Shown piece after piece: positions 37,151 through 50,270 of a DNA stretch of 64,000 bases (within the stretch, counting starts at the first letter, position 1; every line of letters starts with the position of its first letter). Made by a program: the position numbers and the translations under genes. The DNA lies in the NCBI RefSeq assembly GCF_006345805.1, contig NC_043022.1:8990001-9054000 (forward strand), in the 5' to 3' direction. The notes under the pieces are model-generated. The model was given only the letters and a program-made list of their open reading frames with translations. It was not told the DNA's origin and did no database searches. Origin of the DNA: Octopus sinensis (lineage: Eukaryota).

Positions 37151-37480
37151 CATAAGTTAGAAATCATGAGTTAGAAATCTTTTACAACTGACACAGAAAT
37201 GATGGAAACAGTGGGCTCTCTCAGTGTGGAAGATCTCATTAAGTACTGTATATGGTGGGTTTATCTTGTCATCAATATTGATTTCAGCTTTCAAAATTGA
37301 TTACTTTATGGAGACATAGTTCTTGAAAATTGTCCCCAACACAAGACAAGATAAAGATATAATGATATCATACAAAAAAAAATAAAATAAACTTACATCC
37401 TTGAACATCAACATAATTCATTATTTAATGAAAACTGTATATTAGTTACCTTCCCTTATCAGTGTGTCTTATATTGCATT

Positions 37481-37615
37481 TCATACTACCTAACACTGAA
37501 GTCTTGTTATGTTTCGTGTAATCTCAAATAGCCTTACCCAAAATGGAGGCAGATTACCAACATTTTTAAGCGAAAGATTTGATGATTTCATTGTTATCAC
37601 ATGAAACCAATGGCA
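37481..37615 (-). repeat. Right arm of the 135-bp inverted duplication
   Basis: See 34846-34980. Confidence 0.92.
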
Positions 37616-37717
37616 GCATGGTAAATCCACAAATAAAGAATAGCTTTATCCACCCAATGCAGTGTTAAATACTCAATCTTTGTTTGCCACAATCGTGTGT
37701 ATATATATATGTATATA

Positions 37718-38254
37718 TTCGGTTATCCCATAAATAATGCAGTTGTTTTATACTTCTTTTATTTTTCAAAGTTCTTTTTTAATCTAAAATATACATGCCT
37801 TCATTTTCCACAATAGTCTTTCATCTATCTGGTAGACTTGCAAGGCCCCTCTTCCAAAATTCACTTGTCCATGATGAAAAATAATCCTCCAGTACTGTTA
37901 TGACCTCGTCTACAGAATTCATATTTTTTCCGTCCAAATGATTTTGAAGACTGCGGAATAAATGATAATCAGATGGAGCAATGTCTGGCATATGTGGTGG
38001 GTGAGGCTTCATTTCCCAGTCAAACTGTTCCAGTCTTTGGAATGTCATCCTTGCTGTATATGTGGCCAAGCATTATCCTGATGGAAGAACACCTTTCATC
38101 TTGAAATCAAAGATGGTCGTTTTTCTTCTAGTGCTGGCTTAAGCTTCTCACAGTATATCTCCTTTGTTATTGTTTGGTTTGGGTTTAAAAGTTCAAAGGA
38201 GACTAAACCCACCAAACAGATAAACAACACAGCATTATTTATGGAACGACTCAA
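37718..38254 (-). mobile_element. Internally deleted mariner element (537 bp) with TIRs and TA TSDs
   Basis: TA|TTCGGTTATCCCATAAATAATGC ... GCATTATTTATGGAACGACTCAA|TA. ORF 37821-38069 has HPPHMPDIAPSDYHLFRSLQNHLDGK (mariner C-terminus). Confidence 0.88.
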
Positions 38255-38825
38255 TATATAACCACTTCTTAACCACTAGGTGTGCGGCCTAGAGGTTTGG
38301 GAAGTGGACTCACGATCGTGAGATTGTAGTTTCAATTCCTAGATCAGGTGATATGTTGTGTTCTGTAACAAAACACTTCATCTTACATTGCTTTGCAATC
38401 ACTTTGACACCTGGTGCATCTGTTCAGACAATTTCGATGTGATAGAGAGAATGAGCTAATATACAGCACATACGTTCGATCATTATAAAAAAATCCTTTG
38501 CACAGGTCTTTCAACAGAAGCTGAGCACATACATGGTTGCATATAATGGATTTTATTTAGCTGAGTGGCTTTGCTATGCTGGTGATTGTTTATTCACTGT
38601 TTCCATATATATTGGTGATGATGGATTTTGATGAAGCATGTTGGCTCTGAGTACACATTGATAATACCCAACACAGCAGACATGTATCTAACATCTCTCT
38701 GATACATACAGTTCATTTTTTTCAAACAGTGCATCCATAGGGGATATTATCTCTGGACGAATATGTAGCAAATTTTTCCTATTTGGGTGGTGTGGATTAT
38801 ATTATGCATGATGCATATATACATA

Positions 38826-39045
38826 TTTCTTTACTACCCACAAGGGGCTAAACATAGAGGGGACAAACAAGGACAGACAAACGGATTAAGTTGATTACAT
38901 CGACCCCAGTGCATCACTGGTACTTAATTTATTGACCCTGAAAGGATGAAAGGTAAAGTCGACCATTGCAGAATTTGAACTCAGAACGTAACGGCAGACG
39001 AAATACCGCTAAGCATTTTGCCGGCATGCTAACGTTTCTGCCAGT
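38826..39045 (-). mobile_element. Family B SINE
   Basis: Reverse complement of 31445-31678. Confidence 0.88.
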
Positions 39046-39084
39046 ATATATGCATGATGCATATATACAAAATTGGTTCTGTTG

Positions 39085-39465
39085 CAAGTGTGGCTGTGTG
39101 GTAAGAAGCTTGCTTCCCAAACCACATGTTTCCAGGTTCAGTCCCGCTTTGTGGCACCTTTGGCAAGTGTTTTTTACTATAGCCCTGGTCTGACAAAACC
39201 CTTGTGAATGAATTTGATCAGCTCTGTAGGTTTAGAAACTAAGAAAAGCCTCTCATATTATGTGCATGTTTGTTCCCCACTTCCACTTGGCAACTAGTGT
39301 CAGTTTGTTTATGTCCCCATAATTTAGAGGACCAGCAAAAGAGACTAATAGAATAAGTATCTAGTTTACAAATTAAGTGCTGAGGTTAGTATGTTGAATT
39401 AAACCCTTCCAGGTGGTACCCCAGCATGGCCACAGTCCAATGACTGAAACAAGTAAAAGATAACG
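39085..39465 (+). mobile_element. Family A SINE, diverged
   Basis: Homology to 17097-17500. Confidence 0.75.
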
Positions 39466-40244
39466 AACTGCCACCAAAACTGTTGAAGAACTTGAAGAAC
39501 TTGTTGATGAAAAACATTCCTATATCTTCTGCGAGAAATTAAGTGAAATTTCTTGGTGCATGCATCATTTTCTGATAAACAAACTACCACAAATTGCAAT
39601 CCTAATTTTGGATTTAAATCATACAACTGTCTCTCCACCACTATATTGCTTCATCTGTTTACAGAGGAACTATTTCTACTAATTAAAAATAAAAAAAATT
39701 CTGGGAAATCACAATTGCTATCAGATGAAATTAAATAACAATCTGTACAAAGTATAAAAAAAAAATTGTATTTTATTCAATTTACCAAAGCAAAAAATTT
39801 ACACAAAATCAAACATAATACCTATCAACATTGTATTTCTAATTCCATTGCTAATAATTATTATATGAAAGTAGACAACACATTAGAAATGAAATAAACT
39901 CAAAAAGACAGAAAACTAACAAACTGAACATAGATGACAAAAGTAAATCACTTTTGCTACAGATTCCATAGTTTACTCTCAATGACCACAAAACAAATTT
40001 CCAAACTCTATTTGTTTCATTAACCCTACCAAAACTGACATTTGTAAAAATTAATGAAAACACATTAGTGAGAATAATTCCTATAATCAAATTAATTTTG
40101 CCATTTTTTCATATCTTGGGAGGTTCATTATGCTAATAATAAATACATACACTGATTCTATTCACTTCTTTATTTTTCATTTATCATTTTGATTAAATAT
40201 TTAATTATTTAACCAATTAACTCATCAATTGTTTGATGGGTCAT

Positions 40245-40344
40245 TTATTCAATTAATCGATCAATGAGGTTTATCAATGTCTTTTCATTGCTATCCATGA
40301 CTTGATCGACGATGTTTTCTCTACTCCAGGTCTGATTCAAGTCT
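40245..40344 (-). CDS. Putative terminal coding exon of an unidentified gene (DLNQTWSRENIVDQVMDSNEKTLINLIDRLIE*)
   Basis: Acceptor tcaataattcag|A. Phase matches the upstream candidate exon 41977-42041. An AT-rich putative 3' UTR follows, with AATAAA near 39775. Confidence 0.4.
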
Positions 40345-41664
40345 CTGAATTATTGATTGAGTTAATGAGTAATTAATTTAATTGATTAATTAACTGGTTA
40401 AAGATTCAAGCAAATAGCAAAAAAAGCAGTGAAATAGAACTAGTGTGTGTGTGTGATTAATATTGGCATTATGAACCTCCCAAGACAATAAAATATGTTT
40501 CAGCATGTAAGTTCACATCAGAAGTTTTGCAAACCAAATACAAAATGAAACGTTTCATCATTACCTCTGTCAAATAACACACAAAACATGATAGGGTTGT
40601 TCAGAAACATTCACAAAAAAAAAAAAGAAAAATAAGCATATGTATATGTGTGTGTGTCTGTGTTTGTCCCCCCAACATCGCTTGACAACTGATTCTGGTG
40701 TGTTTACATCCCTGTAACTTAGTGGTTCAGCAAAAGAGACCGATAGAATAAGTACTAGGCTTACAAAGAATAAGTCCTGGGGTCGATTTGCTCGACTAAA
40801 GGCGGTGCTCCAGCATGGTCACAGTCAAATGACTGAAACAAGTAAAAGAGTAAAGAGCAAATTGTTCATAATTGAACATCCAGGAATGCTATTCTTATAT
40901 CTTCCAAACTCTTAACTTATGAATACTTTGAACTTGCAAGATCATTTACTCTGCTTATGAATACAAATATGACAGAAATTCTAATGCTCTCCTTCAGTAA
41001 TGTTTTTTGGATTAAAAAGTATTGAAAATCCTTTTTGCTGAGATTAGGGATTTGGTGAGATTATCTTTTATCTATTCTGTTTTACTTGTTTCAGTCATTG
41101 GACTGCTACCATACTGGGGCATTACCTTGAAGGGTTTTTTGTTGAAAAAAATCAACACAAGCACCTTTTTTTTCAAAGTTTGGTATATTTTGTGTTGGTA
41201 TATTTTGTGTTAGTCTCTTTTACCAAACTGCTAAGTTACAGAGATGTAAACAAACCAACACCAATTGTCAGGCAATGGAAGCAGGGAAAAAAACACATGT
41301 ATGTATTTATATATATATATATATATAGAGAGGGAGAGAGAGAGAGAGAGATTGATAGATAATGATTCTGTATTTTGGTACCAAGGGACACAACTCTTAA
41401 CTCAATCTTCTGCTTGAGATTTGTTTCATCTTTTTCACAGCAACCACAAACCATATGTATTTATGTACCTCCATCAATAGAGAGCGGTCATTATATTTCA
41501 TTCCATAACAGAGCTACCTCTGATGAGTGCAGGTTACATAATCAAATTGTTACCTAACACTCCATTGAACCCCTAGTGTGAAACCAATTGGTAAGGTCAA
41601 TCGTAACGGATATATAATATTGTACACTTTGATTAATGTAGATATTAATATTGATGTGGGTGTA

Positions 41665-41697
<33 letters not shown>

Positions 41698-41976
41698 AAC
41701 TTCATCTAGCCAGCACGATTGTTGTAAATGAGCATCATCATCATACAAGCGTGGTTGTTTTCCCTTGAAAATGTTTCTAGCTCTGGGAAAATATTACTTC
41801 TATGTGGAAACAGGTGAAGGTTGGTGACAGGATAGGCATCGGGTCATGGAAATTCTGCTTCAAGAAATTTCATCTGATCCATGTAAGCATGGAAAAGTGG
41901 ACATAAAACGATGATGATGATGATGATGATTCCATATTCCATGTTGAAACCAGTTCCACAATTTCCCATTACTTAC

Positions 41977-42041
41977 CGTAACCTTGGTTGTTGTTGTTCT
42001 TCTTCTTCTACTTCTTGTTCATCTTCAGACAATATGGTAAA
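41977..42041 (-). CDS. Putative 65-nt exon (FTILSEDEQEVEEEEQQQPRL+CG)
   Basis: tttaaagttttag| ... |gtaagt, open frame. The acidic run overlaps a (GAA)/(CAA) microsatellite. Confidence 0.35.
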
Positions 42042-42200
42042 CTAAAACTTTAAATATGATCATCATTTACATTTGCCATACTAACGAGGAAGCATAAAGT
42101 TTCACAAAAACAAAAAAAAAAATTAATTCATTTAATGTCACAGATTGATGTTTCGGTACATGAAACATGTGTGTCGTGGTTTCTCTTTCTCCTTTCCTAC

Positions 42201-42231
42201 CTCTCGCCGCGTTCTCTTTCTGATATCGTAG
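42201..42231 (-). CDS. Putative 31-nt micro-exon (YDIRKRTRRE)
   Basis: ttttgttttattttcaaag| ... GAG|gtagga. A GC-rich island in AT-rich DNA. Phase-compatible with 41977-42041. Confidence 0.35.
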
Positions 42232-43662
42232 CTTTGAAAATAAAACAAAATAGAAAATGAAGTTTAAAATAAAACAAAATAATAATAATTATTATTATTG
42301 TGGTTGTGTGTGTGTGTATTAATTTGTTACATTAATAATAATAATGATAATAATAACAATATTTTATTATGATCATTGCCATTATTATTATCATTATTAT
42401 TATTATTATTATTATTATATTATTATTATTATTATTATATTATTATTTTTATTATCTCAAATTAACACACATTCACATAATACATAACATGACACACTAA
42501 GAGAAGTGATGAAACATAACTTTTCTTTGGAAAATTTACATTTCTGAATTAGTATGCATATGAGAGAGTCAATATGTATGTATATGTGTGTCTGTAGTAT
42601 ATATATATATAATTGTGTGTATATGTATGTATATATGTGTGTAGATATACATATTCATATATTTGTACATCTACCAATATATACACACACACACATATAT
42701 AGACCAATATATATATACCTATATATATATATATACACACACACATATATGATATATCTGTGTATATACACATATGTACATGCACACACACTCACACATA
42801 TATATAGAGAGACCAATATATATACACCTATATATATACACACATATATGATATATATGTGTACATACACATATGTACATGCACACACACTCATACACAC
42901 ACATAGCACACATACAACACACACACCATACGCATACATGCATACATGCACACAGAACAACAACAACAGCATACAACACACGTGTAATAAGCAAGTTGCT
43001 GAATCTTACCATTTTCAAGCACCTGGTGAACTAAAAACCGAAAACCTCATGTTTCACATGAGGTTCTTAATTATATACTTGAGCAAAGACAGTTTTGTAT
43101 ATATGCATTAGTACTTTGATTGTGTGGCAAACAATACTCTATTGTTCCTCTGCATTGTTATGGCTTAATTAAATCATTGTTCTCATTCTGTGTTTTAATG
43201 CCTTACCATGAGAAAACTGCAACAACCTACGCTAAAGCTAATATTTATTGTTACGTTATTATGACACCAACTAACAACAAAACTTGAGCAGATTTTCCAA
43301 GGCATTAGAAAAAAAAATTATAGGATAGATGTACGTGTGTACACACATACAGAGAGGCACATGCATGCATATACTTAAACATACACACACGCGCGCATGC
43401 ACAAATACACTCGTGCACAAATAACATAGACACACACACTAATACGCATTCATAGGCACATACACACACCAGAGACACACACAACACTCACTAACACATC
43501 CAACATACACACACACACATACATGCAAATAATACATGCACACACATTTACAAATCAAATAGTGTGGTGTTCATGGTGGAGGTGGAAGGATTGGTGGATA
43601 AAAAAATGTGCAAATTTATCATTGAATGATTAGGAATGTTGTATGTTGAATTATTTTCTTAC

Positions 43663-43715
43663 CTTTTTCAAAATTACCAAATAAAGGATTGTGAAAGGGA
43701 ATCTTTACTTCATAG
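43663..43715 (-). CDS. Putative 53-nt exon ([17 protein letters not shown])
   Basis: tattgactag| ... AAG|gtaaga. Only one frame is open. Confidence 0.3.
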
Positions 43716-44035
43716 CTAGTCAATATAATACATACATACATACATACATATACACATATATGCATATATGTATATATCTATGTGTGTGCATGTGTATGTA
43801 TGTATGTATGTATATGCATATAGATATTTATTTGTATATATGTACATATATATTTGTATATATATATATATGTATATATGTATATATATATGTATGTATG
43901 TAGGTGTATATATAAATATATATAGATAGATATATATTTATTTGTATATATATATATTATATATATATATATACACTACATATTCATTTGTGTGTGTATA
44001 TGTATGTATATATTTATATATATATATATTATATA

Positions 44036-44068
<33 letters not shown>

Positions 44069-44409
44069 CTACATATTCATTTGTGTGTGCATATGTATGT
44101 ATATATATATATATATATATTTAAAGCCATATGTTTATTTTACATTTATTTCGTTCATTGCCATCCTCATGCACACACTTTACATGGCTCACCCTATATG
44201 TTTCATCATCCAATAACAAGTTAGTTATTAATTAAGTTTAAAACTAAGTCTCATTAAATGAAAAATAAAAATAAATAAAAAATCTGAATATAAATTTCTG
44301 TTTATTAGAGGACTTTTGAATATTACCTGCTTTCGAAAAAAGCAAAATGTTTTCATTTTTTCTCTAATTATATTATGGCAAAATCATTTAATACAACAAC
44401 AACAACAGT

Positions 44410-44642
44410 AATGATAATAATAATCCTCTCCACTAAAGGCACAAGGCCTGAAATTTGGTGGGAGAGGACTAGTTCATTACATTGACCCCAGTATGCAACT
44501 GGTACTTAATTTATTAATCCTCAAAGGATGAAAGGTAAAATTGACTTTGGTGGAATTTGATCTCAGAATGTAACCATGGGCAAAATACTGCTAAGCATTT
44601 CGTCCAGCATGCTAAAAATTCTGCCAGCTCTGTGCCGAAATG

Positions 44643-44677
<35 letters not shown>

Positions 44678-45403
44678 CCTTTCTACTATAGGCACAAGGC
44701 CTGAAAGTTGAAGGAAAAGGCACTAGTTGATTACATTGACCCCAGTATTTCACTGGTACTTAATTTATTGACCACTTTAATAATAATAATAATCCTTTTT
44801 ACTATAGGCACAAGGCCTGGAATTTTGGGGAGGGGACTAGTTGATTACATGAATCCCAGTATTTCACTGGTACTTTATTTTATCAACCCTGAAAGGATGA
44901 AAGTCAACATCTGTGAAATTCAAACTCAGAATGTAAAGCAACAGAAAATATATCACAAGGCATTTTGTCAGATGCTCCATTCATTCTGATTACCTAATCA
45001 ATCTCCTGTGCTAATAATAATAATGTTTCAAACTTCAGCACATGGCATGAAATTCAGGAAAGGGAATACTCAATTATATTGCCTCCAGTACTTGACTAGT
45101 ACTTTATTTTATTGACCCAGCAAGAATGAAAGGCAATGTGGGCCTCTGCAGGATTTGAAGTTGGAATTATTTAACCAAAACAAACATTGTCAGGTATTTT
45201 GTCCTATGCTCTAACAATTCTGTCAATTCACCACCTTAATAATAATTACAGTAATGCTTTCAAATTTTTGCACCAGGCCAGCAATTTCAGAGAGTGGGTA
45301 AGTCAATTATGCTGAGCCCAGTGCTTGACTGATCCTTATTTTATGCTGCTATGCATTTTGCCTGGCATGCTAATGATTGTGCCAGCTCACTGCTTTAACA
45401 ACA

Positions 45404-45441
<38 letters not shown>

Positions 45442-45660
45442 CCTTTCTGCTAAAGACATAAGGCCTTAAAATTTTGTGGAAGGGAACTGGTTGATTACAT
45501 CAATCCCCAGTGTTTCACTGGTGCTTAATTTATCAACCCTGAAAAGATGAAAGGTAAAGTTGACCTTGGTGGAATTTGAACTCAGAATGTCAAGGTAGCT
45601 GAAATGCCACTAAGCATTTTACCCAGCATGCTAATTAATCTGCCAGCTCACCACCGTCAT
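44410..45660 (-). mobile_element. Head-to-tail cluster of about 6 family-B-related SINEs separated by (AAT)n
   Basis: Repeated (AAT)n-CCTTTCTACTATAGGCACAAGGCCTGAAA...GAACTCAGAATG...GCCAGC units. Confidence 0.85.
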
Positions 45661-46424
45661 AATAAGAACAATGATGATGACTATTTTATTTGCCACAAAG
45701 GCATAGATGAGGGGGACACTACTAGGACAGTCTACAGTTTGTGTGGGGTTTTCCATATATGATGAGGAAAGAAAGGAAAAGACAGTGAAATGAGATAAAA
45801 GTATACATTGTATACAAAATATGTGAACCCAGGAATGATGCAGTCCTCCTGATAAAAGAGAACCTCCAATTTCAGTCAATTAAGGAACTCCACAAATCTG
45901 TGATTACCCTGACCACCAGAGGCACTAGGCCTTGCCCAGATGTTGTTCTTCAATCTACAGGTGCATACTTAGAGAAGATCCATTCACTCCAACCAGTTTT
46001 ACCATTTAAAAGAAATTCACTGAGAGAGAGAGCACTTTCCTTCCTGTTGGCCACAGCTTCATTGTCTCTGCTGAAACTGTCCCTGTCACATCTTACAGCC
46101 TTTACAGTGTTCACACAGCATCAAGCAGCAGTCATGATGTCGGCATTTCGACACCCAGTACTAATCATCATGATACAGATAATGCTTTTCCAAATATTCA
46201 GATGGTTTCCAGTCCTCCATATCAGCTTTTTCTTACCTACAACCTTAATGTTTATGCTCTCCAATGCCATTGATTGTTTACCAATATATGAAGCTGTTCC
46301 TGAAAAAAGGAGGCATAAAAAATTGTAAAGTTTAACCCAAATACCATGTGTGCTTGTGTGTTGAGTGCCTTTTTCTTTCATTTGTCCATTCACTTGTATA
46401 TATATATATATATATATATATATA

Positions 46425-46615
46425 CTTTATTTAAAAGCAGCAGAAATTTAACAAAAGCTGTTACTCAGAGTTTCACATTCACGTTCGTCAGACAGTTTGG
46501 TTAAACAACAGCTTTTGTTAAATTTCTGCTGCTTTTAAATAAAGCATATTACTCTACCTCTGGTATTTGAGTACTCTTTTTTCCACCTTATTTCACATTT
46601 ATGTGTTTACTCCGG

Positions 46616-46618
<3 letters not shown>
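46425..46618 (-). mobile_element. Second copy of the palindromic Penelope-like element, one arm partly deleted, flanked by (TA)n
   Basis: Homology to 8339-8560. Confidence 0.8.
46456..46497 (-). ncRNA. Minimal type-I hammerhead ribozyme motif with a canonical core
   Basis: AACUGU / CUGACGA / ACG-UGAA-UGU / GAAA / CUCUGAG / UA / ACAGCU. Confidence 0.7.
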
Positions 46619-46659
<41 letters not shown>

Positions 46660-46717
46660 TTTTTATTAGTATGTATGTATAAATGAATGACTGTATGTAT
46701 GTATGTATGTATGTATA

Positions 46718-46748
<31 letters not shown>

Positions 46749-47943
46749 CCATCCATCCTGCTGTAAACTGCTATAAACAATGCATAAATTTCAAGTGTAT
46801 ATATTGTGTATTATGTTACAAATTTAGAGGTCTCACTACAATAAATAGAGATTAATTATTATATTATTATGTTTATGTGTTCATACAAATAATTTTTTTC
46901 TATATTATACGTTTTCTTGGCCTCTCTAACTAAATTATTTTTTCTCCATTATGAGAATGCTCTATACACTGACCACATCTATTTGTATATTCATGAAATT
47001 GGACCTCCTCTGTGTCAGATTGTTTTTGCATTGCATAAATTGAAGAATTTCATAGAATGAATAGTTTTCTTACACATGTTTACCAATTACCTGCTACTGA
47101 TGTTCTTCTGGAAGTCAATCAACTTTAGTCCAGGATGTCCTCTCTTTCATCATAACGAATATGTATTTGTGTGTGTGTGTGTATCATTTATTGCCCACAT
47201 TTCCATACTTGCATGGGTCAGTCAAAATTTCTTGACACAGATTTTTTCCATCTGTCACCAAGCAAGGTAATATTTCCCCATGGCCCGACTTATTTTCCAC
47301 AGAAGACTAGAAATGAACAGCCTTGCTTGTATGGATGTCTAGATAAAGTACATATAATCATACAGATACATATGTGTATTCACACACACACATATGTATA
47401 TTCATACATATTTATATATATATAAGCAATAATAAATCTCAGAGCGTAAAAGTATAAGTGTTTGTGAAGGGAACCTGCTTCTCATCGACAACTGTGATTG
47501 TCACATGCCGATGATGGGTCAATACCCAGAAACTTGAGTCCGTGTGTATCATAAGTTGAAGACGGGAAGGATGGCTTCCCTTTGCAAATACTGATAGGGC
47601 ACAGAAAGTGTGTCTATGGCCAGCTGGAGGAGGTGTCCTCCTGGGGCTACAAACTACAGTAGCATCCACCCTTAAGGGTTAGCCATATTTAAATGGCAAA
47701 TATGCATCACTATATATATATACATACACACATACATGCTCACACACATACACACACACACACAATAATAATAACAACAATAATGCTAGGATGAAATTTA
47801 TAAATATGTAATACATTGCTACGTATGTTTCCACAAATCACATGATTTTGACATCAGAGCCAGTATCTTTGCTGAAAACAGCAAGGATACTACCCATGGT
47901 GATCTCTGACTGAAGGAGCCCTGCCCCTTCAAAAAAAAAAAAA

Positions 47944-48384
47944 CTAACCCTTTAGCATCCAGATTATTCAGTCAAATTTATTCACATTGTTTTCCATTGA
48001 TCATGCATTACCTTATAGCTTCAAGATTTAAATGATGTGATTGTTTATTTTTAGAATGACTTTGTAGGTTAGGTATAAAAACCCAGATCTAACTGATCTG
48101 AACATACAACAGGCAGAACACGTGGGTTTGATATGGTCAGTTTAACTGCTAAAGGCTTGATTTTGTTTCTTAACCCTTTAGCATTCATATTACTTTTTCA
48201 AATATAATGCTTATTTGTTCACATTGTTTTGAATTAATTATGCATTATCTTGAGGTTTCAAATCATTGATGATATGATTGTTTTATTGTAGTCTAGGTGT
48301 GGGAGGCCAGATTTGGCTGGTTTGGACATAAAACAGGTAGAATATTTCAGCTTGATATGGCCAGATTAAATACTAAAGGGTTAA
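47944..48384. mobile_element. Two tandem piggyBac-like MITEs
   Basis: (T)TAACCCTTTAGCA ... TGCTAAAGG at 47944-48160 and TTAACCCTTTAGCA ... TACTAAAGGGTTAA at 48170-48384. Confidence 0.7.
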
Positions 48385-48449
48385 AGATATGTTAATAGAA
48401 TAGGGACAGTAACTTAGGGTTAAGGGCTAATGAAAAATAGCCACACCCT

Positions 48450-48850
48450 ACTCAATGGCAAGAGTAAATTTCACCTGTTTATCAAAAACATGTCTCTTTG
48501 AGTTTTTTTAATGAAGAGTTGGGCCTGCTCGGTGATTAATAGTTAACAGCTGCAGTATGATAACTGTAGTAAGATAGCATAATAATTTGCTCTATAAATT
48601 GGGGCTAGAATGAATGGTTTGACGAAAATGTAACTGTCTCTATTTTATTTATTAGAAATTAATCTTTATAGTGAAAAAGCTTTAATTATTTAAAGGGACA
48701 AAAAGACCCTATTGAGCTTTTATCATTATTTAGATTATATATATATATATAATTTATTTGTAAATAATTTTGGTTGGGGTGATCAAAAAATAAAGAGTGT
48801 TTGAGGTGAGTGTAACTTCCTTAGTTTTGAATTTATTTGAATAATAAATC
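48450..48850 (+). pseudogene. rrnL: NUMT: nuclear copy of a mitochondrial 16S rRNA (rrnL) fragment
   Basis: CACCTGTTTATCAAAAACAT at 48472-48491 (universal 16Sar primer site, 1 mismatch). Further conserved motifs in order: GGCCTGCTCGGTGA, AAGATAGCATAAT, GAATGAATGGTTTGACGA, AAGACCCTATTGAGCTT, TTGGTTGGGGTGAT, TAACTTCCTTA. Confidence 0.92.
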
Positions 48851-49444
48851 ATTGCCCCTATGTTATTAACACTTAATAATTATTTATTTATTTATTTATT
48901 TATTATACTTAAACAAGAATATTGTTGACAGTGACTTCAAAGTCTCACCTAGTTAAGCCATCATCGAACTAGCCAAAACTACAAAGTCACTGACAAATTC
49001 TTTCACATTTGTACTTTACAATAGTATAGAATAACCGTAACCTCACAAATTAATATAAACTTGTATTTATCATAACTAAACATAAAAGCAAACTTTAACA
49101 CATGTGTGTGTGTGTTGTGCACATGTGTGTGTGTGTAAACTCTTCATGTCCTTTTCATATTCATTGATTTCAAATTCAAATTTCTAATCCTGCCTCCTGT
49201 TGTGGGGAGATAGTTACATCCCTTTGTATGAAAGGCCATCCAGAGGGCACTTCGTGAATCTGCTGTTTATTTTCCCAAAATGCTTTGCTCATAGAGCTTC
49301 CTCAACAACCAACTTCAAAATAAAGTCCAAAACTTGCACATCCGATGAATGTAAGTCTATTGATCTTATGTGAATCTTGGAGTCATGTTTAAGTGTTTTC
49401 TTAGTACCATTATATTTAATTTACATTATGGTTTGTATGTTCCT

Positions 49445-50270
<826 letters not shown>

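Noticed and set aside
45860-46328. 142-aa plus ORF and a 63-nt minus exon candidate (46237-46299, TASYIGKQSMALESINIKVV)
   Set aside because: The minus strand shows scattered remnants resembling a LINE endonuclease (...IFSKYAP). The exon candidate cannot be joined in phase to the downstream candidates without an unseen exon, so it is left unassigned.
47880-47945. Small hairpin GAAGG...CCTTC followed by poly(A), suggesting a retrocopied small RNA
   Set aside because: No recognisable snRNA or snoRNA motif and no TSD found; too short to support a call.
48450-48850. Functional rRNA gene
   Set aside because: Partial, CpG-decayed, microsatellite-interrupted and surrounded by nuclear repeats, so it is called a NUMT.
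49295-49350. Plus-strand 56-nt exon candidate (ASSTTNFKIKSKTCTSDE) with good splice sites
   Set aside because: No homology recognised and its phase does not follow the FoxJ exon directly. Such short AG/GT-bounded open segments are expected by chance.
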